A stretch of 64,000 nucleotides of DNA from positions 51,770,001 to 51,834,000 of the forward strand of contig NC_042998.1 in assembly GCF_006345805.1 (NCBI RefSeq), in the 5' to 3' direction. Below the pieces are notes generated by a model. It had not been told where the DNA came from. It did not search any database and saw only the letters and a list, made by a program, of their open reading frames with translations. Below are positions 1 through 10,432 of this stretch, one piece after another. The DNA is from Octopus sinensis (taxonomy: Eukaryota). Every line of letters starts with the position of its first letter. The stretch's first letter is position 1. A program made the translations under genes and the position numbers.

Positions 1-170
1 TGCAGAAATTGAAGAAAAAAACAACAAATATCTTACAAACTATAGAATTTCCTCAATAAAGCCAAGAGAAAAAGATGTTTTATAAACACATTCTACCAGT
101 ATACGAAGTTTAAAAGTGTTTAGTTACGTGGAAATTATTTTTAAAAACTGCCGTTCAAACCGAAAAGATC
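1..170. mobile_element. Right terminus of the fold-back MITE family seen complete at 2803-3622 (truncated by window start)
   Basis: Closely matches 3480-3622 (tatcttacaaactatagaatt...gccgttcaaa..gaaaagatc). Confidence 0.85.
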
Positions 171-523
171 ATTCGAGAGTCCACACTTGAAGCAATTGTC
201 AATCTATATATGTTGCATAAATGCAACATATATGCACTTGTCCCTTGTATAATTCTATTTCATATGTTACGTTCGTCCGACAGTCGAAAGACCCTTTCTG
301 TTGCTTACTTATTTGTTTTCGTATATGTACATTCGTTTGCCTTGTCCAGGGGCTTAATGCTTTTTTTGCTTGAGTTCTTAGCCCAGCCGGTTTCGAGTAT
401 CTTGTATATCCGTGTATCTTGATTTGTCCTGTTTGGTGTTGTCGCGCTTTCATCCTTTTCCTGCATGTTGCGTTTTGATGGTTTCTGTGTGTTGTGTTTT
501 TCGTGTCCTACCTTTGATTATAA

Positions 524-568
<45 letters not shown>

Positions 569-1078
569 AGTGTACACACACAATGGGAGTCTTCCAGTTT
601 TCGTCTACCAAATCCACTAACAAGGCTTTGGTCGACCCGAGGCTATAGTAGAAGACACTTGCCTAATGTTCCATGCAGTGGGACTGAGGCCGGAACCATG
701 TGGTTGGGAAGCAAGCTTCTTACCACACAGCCATACCCGGAATTTCTTACAATCCGTTCTTAAATTACAAGCAGGAACTTCAATTTCTCGTGGTCTCCAA
801 TCTAGTTTACAAATACCTTGCATAGACTAGTATATTGTTCAATAGAAAATAAATAAAATTCGCTTCATTTATACTAATATACAGGTATTTGCATTTCATT
901 TGATTGTCTGAGTAAATTTAACACTTGTTTTAATTAATAATTGAGCACTTTAATTAAGAGGTGGTTCGGAAAAATCAGAAATCTAGAAAAACTTTGGAGC
1001 TAAAGGGTTTTGAAAATCGTTGGCGTACTTGTATAGTATACGCTATTCAAATATATATGATTAAAAAATGTATATGAA

Positions 1079-1384
1079 GGCGCATGGCTCAGTGGTTAGA
1101 GCGTCAATCTTACGACCGTGAGATTATGAGTTCGAGTCCCGGACTGGGCTGTGTGTTGTGTTCTTGAGCAAGACACTTTATTTCACGTTGCTCCAGTTCA
1201 CCCAGCTGTAGAAATGAGCTGCGACGTCACTTGTGCCAAGCTGTATTGGCCTTTGCCTTGGATAACATCGGTGGCGTGGAGAGGGGACGCTGGTATTCCA
1301 TAAAACAACCTTGCCCGGACTTGTGCCTCGGAGGAGAACTTTCTAGGTGCAATCCCATAGTCACTCGTGACCAAAGGGAGTCTC
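1079..1384 (+). mobile_element. tRNA-derived SINE (family C)
   Basis: A box tggctcagtggtta, B box gttcgagtccc, then gtgttcttgagcaagacactt central domain; no tRNA 3' acceptor stem. Confidence 0.8.
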
Positions 1385-1425
1385 AAATGATGTCGTTGAT
1401 GTCATAGTCAGGGTAGGGTCTAGAC

Positions 1426-1939
1426 CAGGGGTGAGAAAAACCGCGGGCGCAATTGCGTCCGCGAGCCCGTTTTATTGTGCCCGCAGGCTGATGTACTCAT
1501 TTGTACAAAATATAATAAATTTTTCAATCATAAAATTCATACAATATTCGTATGCCTATTTGCGACATAGGTCGCGTTTCCACTACAACTTAATATGGTC
1601 AGAAATCCTCCGGTAATTACCATTTGAATAGAAATTTTGTTTTCACTATAAAACACATATTGCTAAGTTTGTACCACTCGCCTGAGACCCAACTTCACTT
1701 TAGCTGAAAAATATAGAATACCTCATAAATAATATAAACGTTCTAAATTCAGTGGCGGCATCAATGAAGATGTTACGCATTAATTTAACGTGTTAAACTT
1801 ATCTTTATTAATGTATATCAAATTTTACTAGATATATATATGATTTACACAGATATAAGGGTTAGGACCTGAGATCCGCCCACGGACTTTTCTCTTAGGA
1901 AATTTTTGCCCGCCGCACTAAAAAGTTTCCCCACCCCTG
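1426..1939. mobile_element. hAT (Charlie-type) MITE
   Basis: TIRs CAGGGGTGAGAAA / TTTCCCCACCCCTG; 8-bp TSD gtctagac at 1418-1425 and 1940-1947 (NTCTAGAN target typical of Charlie). Confidence 0.9.
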
Positions 1940-2141
1940 GTCTAGACAGATTATGGATTTCATTCTTGGTTTTTATTCCTCTACTCAAGTATGTCGGTGG
2001 TCTCTTCCGCCTGTGTATTAAATGCTTCGTCATGAATTAAAAAACAAACAAACAAAACAATCTAATGTTTTAGGTCATTCGTATCTATGCTTAGACGTTT
2101 TGGAAAACGTGTTATTTCATTTTTGTCATATACAGTTGTTA

Positions 2142-2295
2142 TCACTGAAAATTGTTGGACTTCACCTCACGCAGCAGTGCTTTTTTCCATGGTCAGCTTT
2201 ATGTTGGTTGCTCCAGAGTTGGAAATGGCAACAATCTCTTCACACCCACATCAAATGGTAAAACCAAGAATGCTGTTTATTCTGCTGCTTTACAA
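2142..2295 (+). pseudogene. Helitron RepHel (PIF1-like helicase) C-terminal relic
   Basis: Translates with one frameshift as SLKIVGLHLTQQCF-HGQLYVGCSRVGNGNNLF...GKTKNAVYSAAL, the FSHGQLYVAxSRV helicase motif plus the typical Helitron C-terminus. Confidence 0.8.
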
Positions 2296-2802
2296 CGATC
2301 TCCAAATATCACAGTGATACAAAATCCTCCAAATGTGACACTGTGATATAAATCTGAGATGGCAGGATACCAATAATTGCATTATTATTGCTCTCTTTAG
2401 TTTTGGGCCGCTGGAGCTAGCTTAAAAGTTCGCACGAGGTGCAGGGTTTAAGCCAGTATTAAATAAAACACGGTGAGGAAATTTTTCTCTCCATTTTTGT
2501 AGCTAATTTTTATCTTAAGAATAGTTTTTGTTCAACTTCCCATGCGAAGTGCATTGATATATTTTTTCTGTTAACGTGATGTTCAGTTAGCCACTGAGTC
2601 AGAAAAAACCACTATCCTTTTTTTCTATTTTTTGCGCCTCGGGTCGATATCATGCAAGACAATTTTTCAACGAACCAGTGGATCACGCGCATAACAAAAC
2701 ACAAGAAAGTGCAAAATATATACTTTAATTATTACATATATAATACATATATGATGCAAAATCATCCTGCAATTTGCGATAGTCAATTAAATAGAAATAA
2801 AA

Positions 2803-3622
2803 GGATATTTTCCTTTTGAACGGTACTTTTCAACACAATTTCTAGTTAACTAAACACTTTTAAACTTCGTATACTGGTAGAATGTGTTTACAAAACAACA
2901 TTTTTTTTTTTGGGGGGGGGGGCTTTATTGAGAAAATTCTATAGTTTGTAAGATATTTCGTCTGAAATTTCGAGCATTTCGGCAATTTTAACCAATTGCT
3001 GGTGTCCATTTAGGCAAACAACATTCCGTGCTGTATGAATATGTCCCTCCTTTAAGAAACAGATTGGGTTTATTTACATTTGTGAAGAAAAAAATATACC
3101 CTTCCCCAACCCCTAACCCTAACCCTTAATCTAAAATAGACTGAAATGCAATAGATCGATACAAGAGCCATAATTATGGGTAACATTTTCATTTGACACC
3201 GCTAGAAAAAAATCCCATTTTCCGTAGCGGTCAAATGAAAATGTCACCCATAATTATGGCCCTAGTATCGATCTATTGCATTTCAATCTATTTTAGATTT
3301 AGGGTGAGAGTTAGGGTTAGGGTTAGGGGTTGGGGAAGGGTATATTTTTTTCTTCACAAATGTAAATAAACCCAATTTGTTTCTTAAAGGAGGAACATAT
3401 TCATACAGCACGGAATGTTTGCCTAAATGGACACCAGCGATTGGTTAAAATTGCCGAAATGCTCGAAATTTCAGACGAAATATCTTACAAACTATAGAAT
3501 TTTCTCAAAAAAGCCAAGAAAAAATGATGTTTTATAAACACATTCTACCAGTATACGAAGTTTAAAAGTGTTTAGTTAACTAGAAATTGTGTTGAAAAGT
3601 GCCGTTCAAAAGGAAAAGATCC
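2803..3622. mobile_element. 820-bp fold-back DNA transposon derivative (Merlin- or MULE-like MITE)
   Basis: Near-perfect inverted repeat with ~400-bp arms and ~10-nt spacer near 3210; GG...CC termini; 8-bp TSD aaataaaa at 2795-2802 and 3623-3630. Confidence 0.88.
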
Positions 3623-4552
3623 AAATAAAATTTTAAAATGTATTCATTCTGTGCGGCCCAGTGGTTGAGGGCTGCGATAGATTGGCAGATCGTTAGAATG
3701 GCGGACAAAATGACTCCGCGGCATTTATTCTGGCTTTTTACGTTCTGAATTCAAAAGCCCATCGAGGTCAACTTTACTTTTTATCCTTCCGGGATCGATA
3801 AAATAAAATATCAGTCAAGTACTAGAGGCGATATAAAAATCGATTGTCCATGGGGTACAGCTACTTGGTTACACAAGAATCTAAATAACAGTAGCCTAAC
3901 TGTGGAGAGCTCCGACGGCAGGTGAGGTGATGACACATCTGGAGTTACACAATTGTTACACCTAATTATTATCTATTTACTTGTAACATTATACTTCTGG
4001 CAATACACGCACACACTATCATACACTTACACACACCCAATATTTTATATCTCAATCTCTGCTCCTCTGTCTGAATGCAGACCCCCATTAAAAGAGAATG
4101 AAAAGGCGAAAGAAAAAGAAAACCAAACAGATCAAATCAAATAAAAAGAAAAGAAATAAAAAAGCATAAGCCAGCAAATCAACACTGCAGTAGGTAAATA
4201 AACAACAATTCCTGCTAGCAGCTTTGCTCTATAAAACATGTTATTGACAGAGAAACAGTCAGGCTAACAGGCAGGCACACACATACGTAGCACGTGTCTG
4301 TCTGTTTATATTAAGAAGTGTGTTATGTTTATTTAGTTATTTATTTAGTCTTTTATGTATTTGTTAATTTATTTATTTATGTATCTTTTCTCCTTTTTAT
4401 AAGTCACGGCGAGTCTAATTTACTTTCAGATTACTTACTCTACATTTATGTTGCTGGGTCAACGAGGGAGCTTCTAGATGGTCACACAGCCTGCTCGAAA
4501 TGGCAGTCAAATGTATCCTTAACTCGCGTCTTTTCGGTACTTGAAAATAATA

Positions 4553-5150
4553 ATAATTCCTTTCTGCTATCGGGTCAAGGCCTGAAATTTTAGGGTAAGA
4601 GTTAGTCGACTTCAAAGTTCAACTGGTACTTATTTTATCGACTCCGAAAGGATGAAAAGGGCGATCTTTCGTCTCTAGTAGACCTTTCCGTCGATTTCCG
4701 TAATTTTTTTTTTTTTTTTACGTATGGGCTTGCGGGAACTTTTGAAGTAATATACATACATATACACATACACCGAGTAAAAAATTTCAGTAATCTCTTT
4801 CTTTCACACATTACTCTGTCTCTTCACACACACTAACAGAAGCACTTCACTTACACAACATACTGTCTCCCACACCCCATCAAACACACACACACGCACG
4901 CACACACACATGTCCATCAATGCTCCCATGCACGGTAACTTCAAAAGAACTTCCCTCGTCATACAATCGCTTTCTCTTAGTCTCTTTCGCTCTCATTACT
5001 TCAAAAGTTCCTGCAAGCCCATATGTAAAAAAAATTAATTTTTTTACGGAAATCGACGGAAAGGTCTACTAGAGACGAAAGATTGCCGATGAAAAGTAAA
5101 GTCGACCTCGGCGAGCTTTGAGCTCAGAACGTAAAAGAGCCGGAAGAAAT
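4553..5150 (-). mobile_element. SINE family B interrupted by a MITE
   Basis: Family B core (tattttatcgactccgaaaggatgaaaag | taaagtcgacctcggc...ctcagaacgt) is split by the 4660-5087 insertion. Confidence 0.8.
4660..5087. mobile_element. MITE with ~90-bp TIRs and 9-bp TSD
   Basis: GGCGATCTTTCGTCTCTAGTAGACC... / ...GGTCTACTAGAGACGAAAGATTGCC; TSD gatgaaaag at 4651-4659 and 5088-5096. Confidence 0.9.
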
Positions 5151-5627
5151 GACATTAAGCATTTTGTCCGATGTGCTACCTGCCAACTCCCAGCCTTTTT
5201 AATAATGCTTTTTACTATAGTCACAAGGCCTGGAATCTGGGGAAGAGGCTTGTCGATTACATCGACTCCCATGTTTAACTGGTACTTATTTTATCGATCC
5301 TGAAAGAATGAAAGGCAGAGTCCACCTTGGCAGCATTTAATCTGCCGTGTCACTTCCGCCGTTTCGCAATGGATCAGTAGTGGAACTTCTACGCCAGTCA
5401 CGAGTAAACTGCGGCCTGCAAGCCTTTCTGAATGGCACACATAAACGAAAAATAACCTTGAATTAATTTTGTAGTGCAACCCGCCCGGTGATGATGGGAC
5501 ATGTCTCATGCGGTCCGTTTTTCGAAAAAGGTTACCCATATCTGCTCTAGAAAAAGTAACCAAATCTTCCTCAAACCACCCACAATCGTTGAATAAAGTA
5601 ATCTTATATCCTCTTTTACTTTTTTAC

Positions 5628-6005
5628 TTGTTTCAGTCATTTTGACTGCGGTCATGCTGGAGCACCGCCTTTAGTCGAGCAAATCGACCCCAGGACTTAT
5701 TCTTTGTAAGCCTAGTACTTATTCTATCGGTCTCTTTCGCCGAAACGCTAAGTTTCGGGGACATAAACACACCAGCATCGGTTGTCAAGCAATGTTGGGG
5801 GACAAACACAGACACACACACATATACATACATACATATATACGACGGGCTTCTTTCAGTTTCCGTCTACCAAATCCACTCACAAGGCTTTGGTCGGCCC
5901 GAGGCAATAGTAGAAGATACTTGCCCAAGGTGCCACGCAGTGGGACTGAACCCGGAACCTTGTGGTTCGTAAGCAAGCTACTTACCACATAGTCACTCCT
6001 ACGCC
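5628..6005 (-). mobile_element. SINE family A, full length (tRNA head, CORE-like domain, internal microsatellite, second module)
   Basis: Reverse complement gives ggcgtaggagtgactatgtggtaag...gttcagtcccactgcgtggcaccttgggcaagt...cagtcaaaatgactgaaacaagtaaaa; the family recurs more than 25 times in the window. Confidence 0.9.
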
Positions 6006-6016
6006 TAATGTGTGAC

Positions 6017-6125
6017 GCTTACAGTACCTAGGTTTTCCAAGCGGTTACCCATCTAAGTACTAACTAAGCTCGACGTTGCTTAACTTCGGTGATCGGACGA
6101 GAACCGGTGCTTTCAACGTGATATG
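6017..6125 (-). rRNA. 5S rRNA pseudogene / 5S-derived sequence lacking the first ~9 nt
   Basis: Reverse complement catatcacgttgaaagcaccggttctcgtccgatcaccgaagttaagcaacgtcgagcttagttagtacttagatgggtaaccgcttggaaaacctaggtactgtaagc matches metazoan 5S; C-box substitutions and no downstream T-run terminator. Confidence 0.88.
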
Positions 6126-6644
6126 CTCCGAAAAAAAAAAAAAAAAAAAAAAAAAAAAAGCCAGATCGTCACAAGTTGATCTGGAGATAAAATTACAATA
6201 ATTAAGTTTTAAAACGAAATTTCAATTAAAAACGTCCGCGAAACAAAATACTCTTAAAAGTCGAGCAGATGTATTTTTTGGTAAATATTATTTTTCTTGT
6301 GGAAATAATTCTTTATATGCAAAAATGTTTCACTCTATGAGGTAATCTCTCGCTGTATGTGGTAATATTTTCTCTGTATGTGAATATATTTCTCTGCATG
6401 CAGAGATATTTCCCTCTAAGTTGAAATATTTTGCTATTTCAGGCAATATAGACAAAATTTTGAAATCAGTTTCACCCTTTAGGTGTGGCTGAGCGGTAAA
6501 AAGTATGCTTTTTAAACATGTGGTCACGGGTTCAGTCCCACTGCGTGGCACCTTGGATATGTGTCTTCTGCTATAGCTGCGGGTGGACCAAAAAATGTCT
6601 TGTGAGTAGATTTGGTAGAAAGGAAACGGAAAGCCCGTCGTATG

Positions 6645-7255
6645 GGACAAGACGCAAAACATCCGGACAGTTAGGTGATACAAAAATAGGACAACAAAAT
6701 ATCCAGATAGACGATACAAAGAAAACAAGGACGGCTCATTCGAAGTTCTTTCTTCAGTCGAGTACCAGATTATCTTCGCAATTTCGGCTGATTAAACTCG
6801 AGATTGCTCCAATCTGGCCATCCCCAAGAAAAAACTAAGCTAAGACCATTAGATTCTTTGGAAGAAAGCAGTGAATGTATACAAAACAAGGACGAGAAAA
6901 AACCGGACAATGCTACATAAATACAATAATAATAATAACAGGACTATATATTGCAGTATTTCGGGAAGGTTATTTAATTTTTTTTTTGTCAAATAAACAC
7001 ACGCGCTATATATTCATTCTTTACTCAAGCGAAGCAAGAGCACACACGAAGACGGAATGTGTCGCTGAAGAGGTCACAGATGTATGACGAAAGATATCTG
7101 AACAATGGACATGAATTAGAATAAGGACAGTAATAAACGAGTGAAGAACGAATATATAGTGCGAGTGTTTATTTGGCAAAAAAAAAAGAACAAAAATGAC
7201 CATCCCGAAATATAACAGTATCTGTTTCAACATGCGGTTTCACATCAGGAATCTT
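6645..7255. mobile_element. Probable Penelope-like terminal-repeat (pLTR) relics
   Basis: Non-coding, contains a hammerhead-like core at 7065-7100; family assignment is inferred from that motif only. Confidence 0.4.
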
Positions 7256-7261
7256 GCAGCA

Positions 7262-7495
7262 CAAATTCATATATATATGATATAGTAAATCCCAAAGAGG
7301 AAGAATAACAAACACACACAAAAAATACACGCAACAACGCGAGGACGTGGTACATGCAAAGTATTAGCAGACGCTCAGAGAAGGAAAGAAAGATGGTTAA
7401 CGTTTCGAGCAACGCTCTTCTTCAGAAACAGAGGAAAGTCCAATGAAGACGGAGGAGAAATCGCCAACGATTCCCATGTGGTTACATTTTGAATA
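7262..7495 (-). mobile_element. Short hammerhead-containing element flanked by (TA)n
   Basis: Homologous to 36740-36950; reverse complement contains gttt CTGAAGA A GAGC gtt GCTC GAAA CGTT aacc. Confidence 0.7.
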
Positions 7496-7549
7496 TATAT
7501 ACATATATATATATATTATATATATATATATATATATTATATATAATAT

Positions 7550-8048
7550 ATATATATATAAAATTCTAGTTGTGTGAGAGTGTCTTCCCCTTCGATTTAG
7601 ATTCCTAACTCCTCCCACATTTTGCGGTGCAGTTTAACCAAATTCGGGTATCTTAGTCGTGATTCATATCGAGCCCGTCTGACTATTAGGGCGCGTCAAC
7701 GATGAGTCTACGATTTTAAAAATAATTAACATCATTTTTTATTCCATTTTAATGCATAAAATGCATCGTATGTCGATGGCGGCGGAGTTGGCGTCCACGC
7801 TCACAGCTGCACCTGTTTGCTCTCCCCCTTCCCTCCCTCGTGAAGCTGTGGGAGGGAGTGTAAAGAAATCAACGTCGTAATGCGTTGTGAAGGAAAGCAG
7901 CGTTCTTTTAGAACAACGACTTCATGGCTTGAAGACACCAAAACAAAAATGGCTAGAAAGCCCGAATTTATAAGGGAAGTAACTCTCTAAAAATGCTTAT
8001 ATAGTTATTTCCCTTACAAACCCGAGCAACGCCGGGCGATACTGCTAG
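7550..8048 (+). mobile_element. Non-autonomous Helitron
   Basis: 3' end is a hairpin (cccg agcaacgc cggg, 8021-8036) followed by CTAG (8045-8048) and T; the 5' end merges into (TA)n. Confidence 0.75.
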
Positions 8049-8057
8049 TATATATAT

Positions 8058-8108
<51 letters not shown>

Positions 8109-8126
8109 GTATATATATATATATTA

Positions 8127-8226
8127 NNNNNNNNNNNNNNNNNNNNNNNNNNNNNNNNNNNNNNNNNNNNNNNNNNNNNNNNNNNNNNNNNNNNNNNNNN
8201 NNNNNNNNNNNNNNNNNNNNNNNNNN
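8127..8226. other. Assembly gap (100 N)
   Basis: Run of 100 n, probably a placeholder of unknown true size. Confidence 0.99.
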
Positions 8227-8965
8227 AGTGCCACACCCTAGCGGTTGAGGGAACCTGTGGAAGAGGCAGACCCAGGAAAACCTGGGACGAGGTGGTGAAG
8301 CACGACCTTCGAACTTTAGGTCTCACTGAGGAAATGACTAGAGACCGAGACCTCTGGAAGTGTGCTGTGCGCGAGAAGACCCGGCAGGACAAGTGAGTCC
8401 ATAACCGTGGCCTTCTACATGGGATGGAGCCAGCCTACGTATGCATACCTTCCCTTCTTGGGACAGAAAACTCTACTTGTGAAGACGTGATGAGGCAAGT
8501 GAGGATCAGAATCGAAATCGATCAATGGAAATTGCGGATGTGCTACCAGTGCCGGTGGCATGTCAAAACTGCTTGTGAAGACCGTTTGAGGCAAGTGACG
8601 ATCAGAATCGAAATCGATCAATGGAAATCGATCAATGGAAATTGCAGATGTGTTACCAGTGCCGGTGGCATGTAAGAGAACTTTCCGTTTCGCGACCGTT
8701 GCCAGCACCGCCCCGTTTCGTGTCCGTTGCCAGCCTCGCCTGGCCCTCGTGCCGGTGGCACATAAAAAGCACCATCCGTTCGTGGCCGTTTGCCAGCTCT
8801 GTCTGGCACCAGTGCGGGTGGCACGTAAAAAGCACCCACTACACTCACGGAGTGGTTGGCGTTAGGAAGGGCATCCAGCCGTAGAAACACTGCCAGATTT
8901 GACTGGGCCTGATGAAGCCTTCTGAACCGTCCAACCCATGCTAGCATGGAAAACGGACGCTAAAC

Positions 8966-8997
<32 letters not shown>
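8227..8997 (+). mobile_element. RTE-clade LINE 3' end (ORF C-terminus, 3' UTR, (GAT)n tail)
   Basis: CHTLAVEGTCGRGRPRKTWDEVVKHDLRTLGLTEEMTRDRDLWKCAVREKTRQDK* is a typical RTE C-terminus; ends catgctagcatggaaaacggacgctaaac(gat)n. Confidence 0.9.
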
Positions 8998-9049
<52 letters not shown>

Positions 9050-9710
9050 TATGTTTGTGTGTCTGTATTTGACCCCCCCCCAACATCACTTGACAACTGA
9101 TGCTGGTGTGTTTACGTCCCCATAACTTAGCGGTTCGGCAAAAGAGAGCGATAGAATAAGTACTAGGTTTACAAAGAATAAGTCCTTGTGTCGTTTTGCT
9201 CGACTAAAGGCGGGCGCTCCGGCATGGCCACAGTCCAAATGACTGAAACAAGTAAAGGAATAAAGAGTATATAAATATATATGTGTGTGTATATATATAT
9301 ATATATACTCTACTCTTTTACTTGTTTCAGTCATTTGACTGTGGCCATGCTGGAGCACCGCCTTTAGTCGAGCAAATCGACCCCGGGACTTATTCTTTGT
9401 AAGCCCAGTACGTATTCTATCGGACTCTTTTGCCGAACCGCTAAGTGACGGGGACGTAAACACACCAGCATCGGTTGTCAAGCAATGCTAGGGGGACAAA
9501 CACAGACACACAAACACACACACACACATACATATATATATATACATATATACGACAGGCTTCTTTCAGTTTCCGTCTACCAAATCCACTCACAAGGCAT
9601 TGGTCGGCCCGGGGCTATAGCAGGAGACACTTGCCCAAGATGCCACGCAGTGGGATTGAACCCGGAACCGTGTGTTTGGTTAGCAAGCTACTTACCACAC
9701 AGCCACGCAT
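9050..9710. mobile_element. Two SINE A copies tail to tail (9050-9270 +, 9312-9710 -)
   Basis: Family A 3' module on the plus strand, then a full copy on the minus strand, separated by (TA)n. Confidence 0.85.
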
Positions 9711-10065
9711 GCTTGTATATGTATGAGAAAAAGTTATAGCAGTTATAGGGGATAGGAAAAGAAGCAGGAAAAAGAAAGTTTGCAAGCAATTGTGTAAACA
9801 GCAATGTAAAAGTAGGTCTGTAGCAGCAACAGCATCGATAATGGTGTCAGTAGTTGTGTGGCATTTGTAACAGTTACACAATGCCTTGTTATATATATAT
9901 ATTTTTTTTTTAAATGAGGGAAGGGTTGAAGTGTGAGGTTCTTAATCTATTGCGGTTTACCCTGTTACTTATCAACTCCACCCTCGTTATCCAGGAAGAA
10001 TAGAAGGCTAAGTCGACCTTGGCAGGATTGTTGGCCCACACCTTTCATATTGCACCCCACCCCAT

Positions 10066-10205
10066 GTGATGATGATGATGATGATGATGATGTTGATGAT
10101 GAAGAAGAAGATGATGATGATAATGATGATGTTGATGATGAAGAAGAAGAAGATGATGATGATGATGATGAATATGAAGAAGAAGATGATGATGATGATG
10201 ATGAA

Positions 10206-10253
<48 letters not shown>

Positions 10254-10364
10254 GAAGATGAAGAAGAAGATGATGATGATGATGGTGATGATGATGATGA
10301 TGATGAAGACGAAGATGAAGAAGATGATGATGATGATGATGATGAAGAAGATGAAGAAGAAGAA

Positions 10365-10400
<36 letters not shown>

Positions 10401-10432
10401 GATGATGATAATGGTGATAATGATAGTGATGA
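10066..10432. repeat. Compound (GAT)n/(GAA)n microsatellite
   Basis: Direct inspection; source of the poly-D/E, poly-S and poly-H ORFs. Confidence 0.97.

Noticed and set aside
1079-1150. Possible genuine tRNA genes here and at 21267 and 42103
   Set aside because: A and B boxes are present, but there is no acceptor-stem closure and each runs into a SINE body.
5340-5600. Putative promoter with an ETS-like CACTTCCG motif
   Set aside because: A single short motif, and part of the region resembles a dispersed repeat also seen near 4470-4530.
6330-6440. Degenerate ~21-bp repeats
   Set aside because: Too diverged and irregular for a CRISPR-like or functional array; there are no unique spacers and the context is eukaryotic.
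8905-8935. CTGATGA...GAAC hammerhead-like motif in the RTE tail
   Set aside because: GAAC instead of GAAA, no stem I, and not conserved in the other RTE tail copies.
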